The notes beneath the pieces are model-generated. The model worked only from the letters and a program-made list of their open reading frames with translations. It had not been told where the DNA came from and made no database searches. From an uncultured virus (IMG/VR IMGVR_UViG_3300042879_004886) (taxonomy: Duplodnaviria > Heunggongvirae > Uroviricota > Caudoviricetes), in the IMG/VR virus record IMGVR_UViG_3300042879_004886: DNA of 64,000 bases. The stretch is one strand, 5' to 3'. Positions 36,001 through 45,430 of the stretch are shown here, piece after piece (position 1 is the stretch's first letter; each line of letters opens with the position of its first letter). Made by a program: the position numbers and the translations under genes.

Positions 36001-36128
36001 TCTTCTTCCCCCTCTTTACCCTCATTCTCTGTCTCATCAATCTCTTCTTCTTCAGTTTGTCTAAACCCCATTGGCATATCAATATAAACATCATAATTTT
36101 CTTCTATAAATTTCTTAAAACTTTTCAT
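35997..36128 (-). CDS. Small acidic protein with an MKSFKKFIEE leader
   Basis: CTAAATA late motif upstream; ATGA coupling to the next gene. Confidence 0.6.
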   Translation of the reverse strand: MKSFKKFIEENYDVYIDMPMGFRQTEEEEIDETENEGKEGEEE

Positions 36129-36176
36129 GTATCTATTTAGTTTGACTAATCCACCCCCAGAGAGTATACTATGACC

Positions 36177-36533
36177 ATGCAAAGCAATGATGTTGAACGA
36201 CTTAAGCGCGAGGTACAGTACCTTCGCAATTGCCTTCTGGAAGCCTACAATGCCCTGCCAAGCCTTCCCTGTACTTCGTTGGAGTCTTGGTTCGTCGTAG
36301 ACCCCATCATGCGGGGTATGCGATCCTACGAGACTTCCTTCGATGTGGAGTTTGAGCCTGTCGTGGTGAAGCGCAAGCGCAAGAGAGTGTCCATGCACCT
36401 GTCCCGGCCTGTTGAGGCCGAGGAGATCGTGGCCGGTCGCCCGAGTGCCATGACGGATGTTGAAGTAAAAATTGATAAAAATTTGCAGCCAAAGTACTCA
36501 AACGTTGCCAAGTCTCTTGGCATGATTGATTGA
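36177..36533 (+). CDS. Hypothetical protein
   Basis: TTGACT-N17-TATACT-N6-ATG. Confidence 0.7.
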   Translation: MQSNDVERLKREVQYLRNCLLEAYNALPSLPCTSLESWFVVDPIMRGMRSYETSFDVEFEPVVVKRKRKRVSMHLSRPVEAEEIVAGRPSAMTDVEVKIDKNLQPKYSNVAKSLGMID

Positions 36534-36563
36534 CTTCCCTATTCCACGGAGTATACTAGGAAC

Positions 36564-36977
36564 ATGAACAAGACAATCGCAATGAAATGGGTCAAGGCTC
36601 TTCGCTCCGGTAAGTACAAGCAGGGCGAGGCATATCTGTGTCAGATCACCAGCAAGGGCAAGAAGCACTGCTGCTTGGGTGTCCTGACCGAGATGTATCA
36701 GGCCGAGCAGAAGGCCAAGAAGAAGAAGGTTCTACCTACCAAAGTCTCTAAAGCGTATGTTGATGACTCTACTGCTGTCGTGAAGTACGGCAGTGGTGAG
36801 TGTGCTGCCGAAGAACTTCCCCTTGCCGTCAAGCGTTGGGCTGGCATGGAGGGCAGGCTTGGAGAGTTTGATGTTATGGACAAGGGTCACTATGGAAGCC
36901 TGTCTCACATGAACGATGACGGCCACTCGTTCAAGAAGATTGCCAACTTCATCGAAAAAAATTACGAGAATCTTTGA
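36564..36977 (+). CDS. Conserved phage hypothetical protein
   Basis: WVKALRSGKYKQG...CCLGVL...MNDDGHSFKKIANFIE. Confidence 0.8.
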   Translation: MNKTIAMKWVKALRSGKYKQGEAYLCQITSKGKKHCCLGVLTEMYQAEQKAKKKKVLPTKVSKAYVDDSTAVVKYGSGECAAEELPLAVKRWAGMEGRLGEFDVMDKGHYGSLSHMNDDGHSFKKIANFIEKNYENL

Positions 36978-36979
36978 TT

Positions 36980-37147
36980 ATGAAAAACAAAGAACTCCTG
37001 TTGGATGCAATGGCTACCGTATTCTCTAAGGAATGGGAAAAGGATAATCCTTACAAAGATCCCGAAGACTACCCGATGATCTACATGACCTTCTGCGAGA
37101 ATCGCATCAAGGCTCTGTTGGAATCCATCAAGGACAAGGTTGACTGA
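36980..37147 (+). CDS. Small hypothetical protein
   Basis: Read manually: MKNKELLLDAM..., 55 aa. Confidence 0.55.
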   Translation: MKNKELLLDAMATVFSKEWEKDNPYKDPEDYPMIYMTFCENRIKALLESIKDKVD

Positions 37148-37190
37148 TTCATTTAGTGTGGTATAATATAACCAACACAGGAGAACACCA

Positions 37191-37445
37191 ATGTCAAAGT
37201 TGCAAGACAAAAACACCCGTGAGTATCGGCTTTACCACAACATCACCACTCCCGAACAGGAGATGCAGGGCTTGGAGGCAATCATTCGCAACCTGAAGCG
37301 AGAGCGCGACGAGGCGAGGCGGATCGCTTGCGAGATGGAGGAGAGGCTTGGCTGCGACGAGAGCGGCTATCCGAAGAACGGCACTGCCCGCGAGAAGGCA
37401 AAGGGTCGTGGGTGGGACTGCTTCAAGGAGGACATCAATGACTGA
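37191..37445 (+). CDS. ERDEARR...GWDCF module protein 1
   Basis: Shared C-terminal module. Confidence 0.75.
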   Translation: MSKLQDKNTREYRLYHNITTPEQEMQGLEAIIRNLKRERDEARRIACEMEERLGCDESGYPKNGTAREKAKGRGWDCFKEDIND

Positions 37446-37764
37446 CTACCAGCCCATAGATTACCGCCTACGCTGCCATACCAAGCGCACCGATCTCCCT
37501 GCGGATGTTCTGCGGGATATTGGTGAGGCGTATGCAGAGATTGAACGGCTGCGTAAGGAACTGGATACCCGCATTAGTATGTGCGATATGCGTTCCGAAA
37601 AGATTATTGAACTCACCAATGAGCGCGACGAGGCAAGGCGAATGGTTTGCGAGAAAGAGGAAACGCTTGGCTGCGACGAAAGAGGCGTTCCTAGGAACGG
37701 CTCTGCCCGTGACCATGCCAAGCAGCGTGGATGGGACTGCTTCAAGGAGAACATCGATGACTGA
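37438..37764 (+). CDS. ERDEARR...GWDCF module protein 2
   Basis: Shared C-terminal module; GGAGG SD. Confidence 0.75.
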   Translation: MTDYQPIDYRLRCHTKRTDLPADVLRDIGEAYAEIERLRKELDTRISMCDMRSEKIIELTNERDEARRMVCEKEETLGCDERGVPRNGSARDHAKQRGWDCFKENIDD

Positions 37765-38110
37765 CGCAACACCAAATCCACTTTACAATCTTGAGTGTGC
37801 TCCCAATACTGGAAGCAATCGATATCCTGCGATGTCGGAGCGGTTTAGGCTCTCCGGGGAACTGGAGAATGCGCGGTATCAAAACAATCTTCTGACCGAA
37901 AAGTGCCGTGAACTTGAGAAAGAGCGCGACGAGGCGAGGCGGGAGATTTTGGAATCCCTGCATCCCGATCTGCGGGAGAGTTATGCCGCTGCAAGGGAAT
38001 GGGATTGTTTCAATACTCCCGAAGGCAAACTTGACAAGACGGTGAATGGTGTTATAGTTGATGGTGGCAAGGCAGTACCTCCCAAGTATGAGGATCTAGG
38101 CGATGAGTGA
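37757..38110 (+). CDS. ERDEARR...EWDCF module protein 3
   Basis: Shared module; GGAG SD. Confidence 0.7.
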   Translation: MTDATPNPLYNLECAPNTGSNRYPAMSERFRLSGELENARYQNNLLTEKCRELEKERDEARREILESLHPDLRESYAAAREWDCFNTPEGKLDKTVNGVIVDGGKAVPPKYEDLGDE

Positions 38111-38306
38111 CACAGATATCGTTACATGGCTCCGCAGCATTCTGCACAACGACCGTTCCGTTGAACTGCGCTGTCAGGAAGCAGCCAATGAGATTGAACG
38201 ACTCCGCGAAGAACTGCGTGAGTGCGAAAACTTGCTTGACGAATATCGAAGGGTTGAAATGGACAGAGACAGATGGGACTCCTTGAGAGAGGACACCGAT
38301 GAGTAA
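38103..38306 (+). CDS. Hypothetical coiled-coil protein
   Basis: MSDTDIVTWLR...EAANEIERLR, a common phage motif. Confidence 0.7.
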   Translation: MSDTDIVTWLRSILHNDRSVELRCQEAANEIERLREELRECENLLDEYRRVEMDRDRWDSLREDTDE

Positions 38307-38685
38307 GAAGATGACCAAAGAGCGTTGGCTTGAACTCATGCAGCCCTATGCAGAAAACGATGGCATCAATCTGACTCCCGAAGAGATTGAGGATGGATGG
38401 CATTGGTGCGAGGAATGGGATGGACTGCTCATTCATGTCGATGACGATGAGTTTGATTGCTGCACTTGTTCTTGGATGGACAAGTTCCGCACTCCCGAAC
38501 GCATGAAGATGTTTGAGGAGCGAATGAAGCAGCGATATTCCTCTCAAGAGGCATTGGAGAGCATTGCCAAGTTGGACGAGGAGTTGGGATTGAATCCGGG
38601 ACAGGATGCCTTGGACTACTTTGCTAATCTGAAGTCCGAAGGTGACGACAATAATAGTCAGTTTCGCAAGAGTGACATGGAGTAA
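38299..38685 (+). CDS. Hypothetical protein
   Basis: ORF; WHWC.EWDGLL...CCTC. Confidence 0.7.
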   Translation: MSKKMTKERWLELMQPYAENDGINLTPEEIEDGWHWCEEWDGLLIHVDDDEFDCCTCSWMDKFRTPERMKMFEERMKQRYSSQEALESIAKLDEELGLNPGQDALDYFANLKSEGDDNNSQFRKSDME

Positions 38686-38687
38686 AC

Positions 38688-39137
38688 ATGGGATACGCAA
38701 TTTCTACAATTTACGGTGAAGGTCAGAAGTTTTCAAAGTCAGTTGACCAAGGTTCCACATATCTTGGGGTTTCATACGCACAGCCGCTTATGTTCAATCC
38801 CAATTTTGATGTGACGACGCCAATACGGGCATCGTTGTATCGTCCAACCGTAAGCAATTATCCCCAGGTTGACAAGTCTTTCTTCATGGGATCGTTTGAT
38901 GGCTTTTGGGTTCACAAGGTATTCAACGATGGACACTTGGTGATGACCGTTCAGGGAGTCAACCAACAGATGTTCATTCCCGTGCAGCATGACCGCGTGG
39001 AAAGTGTCTCGATGTCATTTGGTGCGGAGACTATTCCTTATGATGGTCCTGTTCGTCCTCCCGTTCCCTCTCCCGGTGTCAGTGCAATGCTTGGGCTGGC
39101 TGCTCTTTTTGCATGGGGCAGAAAGCGGTTTAAATAA
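38688..39137 (+). CDS. Protein with a PEP-CTERM-like (VPSPG) C-terminal sorting tail
   Basis: C-terminus VPSPGVSAMLGLAALFAWGRKRFK. Confidence 0.75.
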   Translation: MGYAISTIYGEGQKFSKSVDQGSTYLGVSYAQPLMFNPNFDVTTPIRASLYRPTVSNYPQVDKSFFMGSFDGFWVHKVFNDGHLVMTVQGVNQQMFIPVQHDRVESVSMSFGAETIPYDGPVRPPVPSPGVSAMLGLAALFAWGRKRFK

Positions 39138-39268
39138 TAGGTGAATCAACAAGGCATTCCGTATGTTATACCTCTTTGGGCTTTTATACTGGCTGTTTGT
39201 TTGCCAGCAATTGGATTGTTTTTTGCGGAAGTATTGATATGGTTTAAGGAACGAAATAAATATTAATA

Positions 39269-39342
39269 CGGGCATTAGCTCAGCTTGGTAGAGCGCTTGC
39301 TTTGGGAGCAAGATGTCGTTGGTTCAAATCCAGCATGCCCGA
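39269..39342 (+). tRNA. tRNA-Pro(UGG)
   Basis: CTTGC-TT-TGG-GA-GCAAG; CGGGCAT/ATGCCCG acceptor. Confidence 0.95.
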
Positions 39343-39379
39343 TTCTTGACAAGTGTGATATAAAGGATATAATAACCAT

Positions 39380-39544
39380 ATGAAAACCCTAATGAACAAA
39401 CTAGCAATTCCTTTTCTCGTCCTTCTGTTCATCAACATGATTGGTTACGCATATCACTTCAACTACGAAGGCTGCGTGGTTGGTAGTGTTGTTGGAATGA
39501 TCGTAGGCTTCCTCGCCAGCGAAGTGCGCGCCAAGTTTGATTGA
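39380..39544 (+). CDS. Small membrane protein
   Basis: Read manually; leaderless promoter at 39346; two hydrophobic segments. Confidence 0.6.
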   Translation: MKTLMNKLAIPFLVLLFINMIGYAYHFNYEGCVVGSVVGMIVGFLASEVRAKFD

Positions 39545-39546
39545 TT

Positions 39547-39620
39547 GGTCCTGTCGTCTAGTCGGTCCAGGACACGGCCCTTTCAAGGCCATAACACGGG
39601 TTCGAATCCCGTCAGGATCA
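39547..39620 (+). tRNA. tRNA-Glu(UUC)
   Basis: GGCC-CT-TTC-AA-GGCC; GGTTCGAATCC. Confidence 0.93.
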
Positions 39621-39622
39621 TT

Positions 39623-39823
39623 ATGAGTACTAAACACGAAAAATTGTTTTGGTTTGCGTTGATGATTGGAAGTTATGCCTTGGCTGCATGGGTAATGACC
39701 GAATGGTTGATATTCCACAATCCAAGCGCAAACATAATTCATGTTCTTGGCATAGGTTTGATATGTTATTTTACCACAGCTTGTTTCAGAAGCATTTTGT
39801 ATTTGGACAGCAAAGATGAATAA
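39623..39823 (+). CDS. Small membrane protein
   Basis: Two hydrophobic helices. Confidence 0.6.
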   Translation: MSTKHEKLFWFALMIGSYALAAWVMTEWLIFHNPSANIIHVLGIGLICYFTTACFRSILYLDSKDE

Positions 39824-40043
39824 TATTGAAAACAGGCTGAGAGAAATACACAATAAATGGAAACACGCAAATGAGGAAGTTTCCGACGTTTGTCGTGATG
39901 GTGCTGAAGAACTGCGCGTCATGCGCATTCAACTCGACGCTACAAATAGAGAACTTGAAATCTACCGAGAACTGAACAAGCCAAAATTTATTCCAAACAC
40001 TGTTAATTTGCCTGTTGGATGGGGCAAAGGCAAAGACGAATAA
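39816..40043 (+). CDS. Hypothetical protein
   Basis: Coupled ORF. Confidence 0.6.
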   Translation: MNNIENRLREIHNKWKHANEEVSDVCRDGAEELRVMRIQLDATNRELEIYRELNKPKFIPNTVNLPVGWGKGKDE

Positions 40044-40609
40044 TGGATACGAGAAACCTGATTGACCACTACAAGTATTGGAGAGACGACGCAATTCGTG
40101 CAGACTTGGACGACAAGCGTTTTAATTATTCAGTTGTGTGTTGCAATATTGGGAATGATTTTAATATTGCAACCATTATTCGCAATGCTAATGCGTTCTT
40201 GGCGAAAGAAGTCGTAATTTATGGAAAGAAAAAATACGATAGGCGTGGCACTGTGGGAACGCATCACTACACCAATTTCCATCATGTACGCGATATTGAT
40301 TCTCTATCCAATTTTTTTGTCAATGTCACTAATGAGTGTGTTGCTGGGGGACAAAGAATCAGAATCATCGGAATAGACAATGTTTCAGAATCTAAGGATG
40401 TGAATGCATATGAGTTTGATCCCGGTACACATTACATAATGGTATTCGGTCAGGAGCAGATTGGCATTCCTTCGGACGTGCTAAGTATGTGTGATGATGT
40501 TCTTTATATTCCCCAGTATGGATCGGTTCGCAGCATCAATGTTGGAACTGCCTCTGGAATCATAATGAACAATTATTGTAGTAAAGTACATTTTACGGTA
40601 TCACAATAA
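40043..40609 (+). CDS. SpoU/TrmH-family RNA methyltransferase (SPOUT)
   Basis: NIGNDFNIATIIRNANAF, VFGQEQIGIP, IPQYGSVRSINVGTASGI. Confidence 0.9.
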   Translation: MDTRNLIDHYKYWRDDAIRADLDDKRFNYSVVCCNIGNDFNIATIIRNANAFLAKEVVIYGKKKYDRRGTVGTHHYTNFHHVRDIDSLSNFFVNVTNECVAGGQRIRIIGIDNVSESKDVNAYEFDPGTHYIMVFGQEQIGIPSDVLSMCDDVLYIPQYGSVRSINVGTASGIIMNNYCSKVHFTVSQ

Positions 40610-40641
40610 ATTTAAAAATATTTGTGATACTAAATAATAAT

Positions 40642-41133
40642 GTGAGAAAAAAACGATCCCCTATTTGGAAAATATCTAAAAAAGATTTAGTTAATATTGT
40701 TTCTTCATGTGATACATTTTCTTGTATATTGTCTAAATTTAATCTATTGAATAAAGGTGGTAATGTTAAAACTTTAAAGAATAGATTGTTGGAAGAAAAA
40801 ATTGACTATTCTCATATCCCGGAAGGAAGGGGTTCAAATAAAAATAGAGCGAAAGGTTCAAGGCCACCAATAGACTTAAAAAAAGTTTTGATTAAAAATT
40901 CGACATATAACAACAGAAGAGTATTAAAAAATAGATTAGTAAAAGAAAAATATTTAAATTATGAATGTGGTGAATGTGGTCTAAAAAATATTTGGAATAA
41001 AAAATCCATCGTACTTCAGTTAGACCATAAAAATGGAATTAATAATGACAATAGAATAGAAAATTTAAGATTATTGTGTCCCAATTGTCATTCACAAACA
41101 GACACATTTGCAGGAAGAAATTGTGGAGGTTAG
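40642..41133 (+). CDS. HNH endonuclease
   Basis: CGECG...LQLDHKNGINNDNRIENLRLLCPNCHSQT; stop codon lies inside tRNA-Gln. Confidence 0.9.
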   Translation: MRKKRSPIWKISKKDLVNIVSSCDTFSCILSKFNLLNKGGNVKTLKNRLLEEKIDYSHIPEGRGSNKNRAKGSRPPIDLKKVLIKNSTYNNRRVLKNRLVKEKYLNYECGECGLKNIWNKKSIVLQLDHKNGINNDNRIENLRLLCPNCHSQTDTFAGRNCGG

Positions 41134-41196
41134 TTCAGTTGGTAGAACGCGGGGCTTTGGTCCCCGATGTCGGGAGTTCAAATCTCTCACCTCCAG
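41124..41196 (+). tRNA. tRNA-Gln(UUG)
   Basis: CGGGG-CT-TTG-GT-CCCCG; TGGAGGT/ACCTCCA acceptor. Confidence 0.92.
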
Positions 41197-41312
41197 TTAA
41201 ATATTATGACAGAAAAAATAATTGGTTGGAGTATCATAGGAACAATATTTGTCATAGGTATAGGAATACTTGTCTACGGCATTTACTGCATTATAGAAGA
41301 TTGGAACGAAAA

Positions 41313-41564
41313 ATGAAACCTATTGGAAAATGGATTGTTGCTAAGGCAAAGATTGGTGGAGAAAAAACCAGCGAAGCGGGAATTATCTACCAAGAAAAAT
41401 CAAATTCAAAAATTATTCCTGCTGAAGTAATTTCAGTAGGTGATAAACTTACAGAAGACATCAAGGTTGGTGATATTATTTGGTGGGATGTTAGTAAAAT
41501 AAAAGATGGTTTCCAAGGAAACCACCTAGTCCACCAAGACTGGGTTTCATTCGTAGAAAGATAA
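41313..41564 (+). CDS. groES: Co-chaperonin GroES-like
   Basis: MKPIGKWIV...KTSEAGII...AEVISVG...IKVGD. Confidence 0.8.
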   Translation: MKPIGKWIVAKAKIGGEKTSEAGIIYQEKSNSKIIPAEVISVGDKLTEDIKVGDIIWWDVSKIKDGFQGNHLVHQDWVSFVER

Positions 41565-41570
41565 AAAGAA

Positions 41571-41595
41571 ACAACCCCGAAATTCGCGGGGTTGT
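41571..41595. terminator. Hairpin/terminator between convergent units
   Basis: ACAACCCCG-AAATTCG-CGGGGTTGT. Confidence 0.6.
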
Positions 41596-41628
41596 CGGCC
41601 TTGAGATGCTATCTCAGGGGTAGGTTAA

Positions 41629-42444
41629 TTATTTTTGCCCATAACGATAGGCATCCAGGTAACGATCTCTTAGTGTATCTATCATTACTGCTGCTGGATG
41701 TTTGCCATGCCCACTCTTATCCAACATGGAAACAGCAGTTTCCAGTTGCTTGAGGCTCTTAGAAAGTCCTGGCTTGGTAGATGTAATTTCAGAAGTTTCT
41801 GTGCGTTCAAACTCTGAAACTTCATCACCAACAAGACCTACAAGTTGATTGTGCAAATCTTTTGGAAGCAAAGGGTATGTTTCAGGAGTAAAGTCAGTTC
41901 CTTCATGAGAGTTTCTAATAAACAGATCTGCAATTTGGCCATGGTCCATTTTACCATCACGGCTTTCATTTAGTTTCTTCAGTGTCATTGCAAGGCGAGC
42001 TCTTTTGCCCGTCTTTCCACCCTTCTTGGCAGCTGCCTCTAGTTTCTTTTCTGGAATCTTTTCGCCCTTCTTGACCTTAAGAGTCTTGCGAAGAGAGCCT
42101 TCCTTCTTAATTGCTTTTTGAATCCACTTCTTCTTTTCGGCAGCTTCTATGATAAGATCAAGTTCATTTTCATCAAAGAGTTCTTCCAGAAGTTCTTCTA
42201 CAACTTCAAAATCTGTTGCATCAAAACTTTCTTCTACTTTTTTGCCCATATTTGCTTTTATGGCTTTATCTCTTGAACCAAAATACTCTTTTTTAGGGCT
42301 TTCTAATTTTCCATCACCATCATAATCTTTTTTGGCCAACTTTTTGGCTTCATTTAGAGCTCTTGGAAAACCACCGTATGTTATATTGCCGTCGGTGATG
42401 TTGCGACCTTCGTTTAAGTTTATTTTTTTGTTTGGTTGAAACAT
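41629..42444 (-). CDS. Late hypothetical protein (probable head-internal protein)
   Basis: KDYDGDGKLESPKKEYFGSRDKAIK and WIQKAIKKEGSLRKTL...ARLAMTL conserved modules separated by LNE motifs. Confidence 0.75.
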   Translation of the reverse strand: MFQPNKKINLNEGRNITDGNITYGGFPRALNEAKKLAKKDYDGDGKLESPKKEYFGSRDKAIKANMGKKVEESFDATDFEVVEELLEELFDENELDLIIEAAEKKKWIQKAIKKEGSLRKTLKVKKGEKIPEKKLEAAAKKGGKTGKRARLAMTLKKLNESRDGKMDHGQIADLFIRNSHEGTDFTPETYPLLPKDLHNQLVGLVGDEVSEFERTETSEITSTKPGLSKSLKQLETAVSMLDKSGHGKHPAAVMIDTLRDRYLDAYRYGQK

Positions 42445-42454
42445 TTTGGTATCC

Positions 42455-42814
42455 TTATCTCATCATTCCTTGTTGGAGTTGTTGTTGCATTCTTTGTTTC
42501 TTTATTTCATTGAATGCTGCTGCATTTACGTCTTGCCAGCTGGTAGTTTTTTGTGGTTCTATTTCTTGTGTTTCGGGGTCATCTGATCCATATTTCACTA
42601 GCTGCTTAATTTGCTCGCCGTGTTCTGAAGAAGGAGACAGTCCATGGAAAGGTTGTGGTTCGTTTTGTTTTCTTTCTTGTTCCTTGGCTTTTCTTTTCTT
42701 TACATATGGTGGTTCGTATTCCTCGGAACCAGTATCTGCAGAAAGAGAAAATACATCACTTTCGTTCAAAATTGAAATAAGCAGGGATTTTGTAAAATTG
42801 TCAAATGCCATCAA
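42455..42814 (-). CDS. Hypothetical protein
   Basis: ORF; ILNE motif. Confidence 0.6.
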   Translation of the reverse strand: MMAFDNFTKSLLISILNESDVFSLSADTGSEEYEPPYVKKRKAKEQERKQNEPQPFHGLSPSSEHGEQIKQLVKYGSDDPETQEIEPQKTTSWQDVNAAAFNEIKKQRMQQQLQQGMMR

Positions 42815-42857
42815 TATATTTATTATTTTTTGTAATTAATGAAAATAAGGATATAAT

Positions 42858-43040
42858 ATGAACATGAAAGACATTGAAGAAAAAATTTATGAATTTGGAA
42901 ATGTTTTGTATAGAATCGGAAGAATGGAGACCGATGATAAAATATCTTCAAAAGACTACAATTCAATGGTAAAGAAAAAGGAAGAACTCACCAAATTTTT
43001 TGATGAGTTCTTCGGTAACAAGTCTAAAAAAATGAATTAA
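42858..43040 (+). CDS. Hypothetical protein
   Basis: ORF with AAGGA SD. Confidence 0.6.
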   Translation: MNMKDIEEKIYEFGNVLYRIGRMETDDKISSKDYNSMVKKKEELTKFFDEFFGNKSKKMN

Positions 43041-43390
43041 AGGCCGAGTCTGCGTCTTTGTGGAGTTTGTACCGCAACTGGCTTGTTTTGTTGGTACATA
43101 CCGAGAATAGTGCCTAGATACTCACCAGCGCTGCCATATCCCTTCCAGTAATCTGGGTTGTTCCAGTTGTCGGGCATCAAAAGTTCTCTAACCATTCTAT
43201 CTAGTTGATCGTTGCTGTAAGACTGGCTTTGAACTCCAGATGGTGTAAAAGTCGTTGCAGTTGTCATATCTTCATTCAAAATGGCATTTGCCTTTTGGTA
43301 ATATGTATTGGCAAGTTGCAACTTAAGTTGATTTACTTGTTCTGTTAATACTTCGCACTTGTGTTTGTAATGTTTGGTGATGTTATCCAT
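43037..43390 (-). CDS. Divergent member of the MNYLTNYYKN-leader family
   Basis: Starts MDNITKHYKHKCEVLTEQVNQLK...ILNE. Confidence 0.65.
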   Translation of the reverse strand: MDNITKHYKHKCEVLTEQVNQLKLQLANTYYQKANAILNEDMTTATTFTPSGVQSQSYSNDQLDRMVRELLMPDNWNNPDYWKGYGSAGEYLGTILGMYQQNKPVAVQTPQRRRLGL

Positions 43391-43413
43391 TATTAAATCC
43401 TTGTTTTTAATAT

Positions 43414-44091
43414 TTATGCATTTTCTCCCTTGAACCTACCCAAACGATATACCTGTCTTGAATAAGGATCGTAGTGGTAGGTGTTTGGAGGAGAATTTTG
43501 ATTTTGTTGGTATTGTTCGTCAGAAAGAAGGGCTCCAAATCGCTGAAGTGTCTGTTTTAAATTTTGAGAGACATAATTTGATACAGCACCATTTGCCTTT
43601 TGCCATGTCAGGCCAGTATCTTCTTCTGGATTTTCTTCGTTGGCCTTTCTTTCCATTTCATATTTTTCGCTTTCAAGTTCATCGTTGCCCATTCCATGAT
43701 AAAAATTTACAAACTGCTGTAAATTTGGTATTATTGTTGTAGGAAGCGAAAACCCCATTCCAAGGCTCGCTTCTGGCTTTTGAAATGCTTCACCTTTTGG
43801 ATTGGTTACAATTACTACTCCAGCTCCAGTTGGATTAGTTAAGGAATCAAACGAAGGAATGAGGTTTCCATCTGTTACTTTTCCTCCTGTATCGACTTTA
43901 GTTTCAAGAAGATCACCAAAGGTTTTTTTTATAACTTCTTCAGAATTTTGAATATTGTTTCTTTTCAAGTAATCAAATAACTGAGACTTCAGTTGGGTCT
44001 TAAAATTTTTAAGACCAAGTTTTTCTGGGTTCAAATGAGCTCCCATCAACTCTTCAACGTTGTATATATTTCCTTCTTTTATTTCTTGCAT
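43414..44091 (-). CDS. Hypothetical late protein
   Basis: CTAAATA upstream. Confidence 0.65.
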   Translation of the reverse strand: MQEIKEGNIYNVEELMGAHLNPEKLGLKNFKTQLKSQLFDYLKRNNIQNSEEVIKKTFGDLLETKVDTGGKVTDGNLIPSFDSLTNPTGAGVVIVTNPKGEAFQKPEASLGMGFSLPTTIIPNLQQFVNFYHGMGNDELESEKYEMERKANEENPEEDTGLTWQKANGAVSNYVSQNLKQTLQRFGALLSDEQYQQNQNSPPNTYHYDPYSRQVYRLGRFKGENA

Positions 44092-44122
44092 TTAAAATAT
44101 TTAGTTATATACTTATTTTGTT

Positions 44123-44194
44123 GCGGCTGTCGTATAACGGCCATTACGCGGGTTTTCCAAACCCGTCATGAGGGTTCGATTCCCTCCAGCCGCA
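44123..44194 (+). tRNA. tRNA-Gly(UCC)
   Basis: CGGGT-TT-TCC-AA-ACCCG; GCGGCTG/CAGCCGC acceptor. Confidence 0.95.
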
Positions 44195-44434
44195 TTAATT
44201 CAAATAAAATGCAGTTAAACCAGATCCCAGAGTAATTCTTTGTACTTGGATTGGATAAATTTCAGAAGTATTTGCTGCAAAAGTTAAACCGAATGATATT
44301 AAACTTCCATTTGCCTGAAACGCGGAAAAAGTAGCGCCAGCAGCGGCTGCTCCAGTAGAAAATAAAATTCCTTTATGCTTTGGAAGAACTGATCCTTGGG
44401 TAAATGAATTGATTTTGGAATATTTATCGTACAT
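44195..44434 (-). CDS. Small virion-type protein
   Basis: TATAAATA upstream; KGILF...IYPIQVQRI. Confidence 0.65.
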   Translation of the reverse strand: MYDKYSKINSFTQGSVLPKHKGILFSTGAAAAGATFSAFQANGSLISFGLTFAANTSEIYPIQVQRITLGSGLTAFYLN

Positions 44435-44455
44435 GGTAAATATATTTATAAGTGA

Positions 44456-45244
44456 TTATATATTGTTTCTAAGGCTTTCCTGAATAAGCTTTGTTATTTT
44501 GTTTGAAACAGTCTTTCTGTCTTCCTTGACTGTTTTCCATTTTGCAGAAGGAGTTGACAGTCTGTAAAGCTCATCTTCATCGGATGGTTCTCTTTCCGCA
44601 ATCTCTTCATCTGTCATTGGATTTTCTTGGGCAAACTTCATGGCATTGTGTGCCTTTACAAACGCTTCAGCTTCTGCTGCAGATTTGAATTGAGGTTCTG
44701 GGTGAATTCTTTCTGGAGGCGCTACAAACTCCGGATCGGCCATTTCCCCGTCTTTTGCGTCCATGGCAACTGCATTTGCATTGCCGGTTGGTTTTGCATT
44801 TACTGGGCCCTGGGCTCTTGCAGCATTTGCAGCAGCTGTTGCTGCTTTCATCTTTGCTACAGAAGCATTTGCTATTTCTTGCTTTAATTGTGTTGTTGAA
44901 AGTGGCCCTACATCTCCAACATCAGAGCTTGCATCACTGGGTGCGACGGATCCTGGTCTTTCTACTGCCATTCTTCCAACAGACAGAATATCCGGTACGC
45001 TACGGATAATTTCTTCTTTTGGATCACCAATGTCAGACATTAATTTTCCAATTCCCGCAGCAGCAGTTTCTGATCTAGATGGTTCAGAAGAGGGTCTTTC
45101 TATTTGACCACGCAAGTAGTTTTTAACTGGTTTAGATGGACCTTTGCCAGCCTCATTTAACATTTCAAATCCCTTAATTTGAGATTTTACTGCAGCTTCA
45201 TTTAATGAATGAATCCAACTATAATAGCCTTTATTGTTCTTCAT
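44456..45244 (-). CDS. Hypothetical late protein
   Basis: CTAAATA upstream; SLNE and MLNE motifs. Confidence 0.7.
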   Translation of the reverse strand: MKNNKGYYSWIHSLNEAAVKSQIKGFEMLNEAGKGPSKPVKNYLRGQIERPSSEPSRSETAAAGIGKLMSDIGDPKEEIIRSVPDILSVGRMAVERPGSVAPSDASSDVGDVGPLSTTQLKQEIANASVAKMKAATAAANAARAQGPVNAKPTGNANAVAMDAKDGEMADPEFVAPPERIHPEPQFKSAAEAEAFVKAHNAMKFAQENPMTDEEIAEREPSDEDELYRLSTPSAKWKTVKEDRKTVSNKITKLIQESLRNNI

Positions 45245-45290
45245 ATGAATATTTAGTTGACAGCCCTTTTCTACAATATATACTGTGGTC

Positions 45291-45425
45291 ATGGATTATG
45301 GATCTCACGGTGCAGGCAAAGGAAGTTCTCCGAGAGCTGTAAATATGGAAACTTACGGTAAAAATTACGAAGCAATTTTTGGTAAGAAAAAAGTAAAGAA
45401 AAATTCAAAGAAAAAGACTAAATAA
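45291..45425 (+). CDS. Small conserved basic phage protein
   Basis: Read manually: MDYGSHGAGKGSSPRAVNMETYGKNYEAIFGKK...; leaderless promoter at 45257. Confidence 0.65.
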   Translation: MDYGSHGAGKGSSPRAVNMETYGKNYEAIFGKKKVKKNSKKKTK

Positions 45426-45430
45426 GTCGT

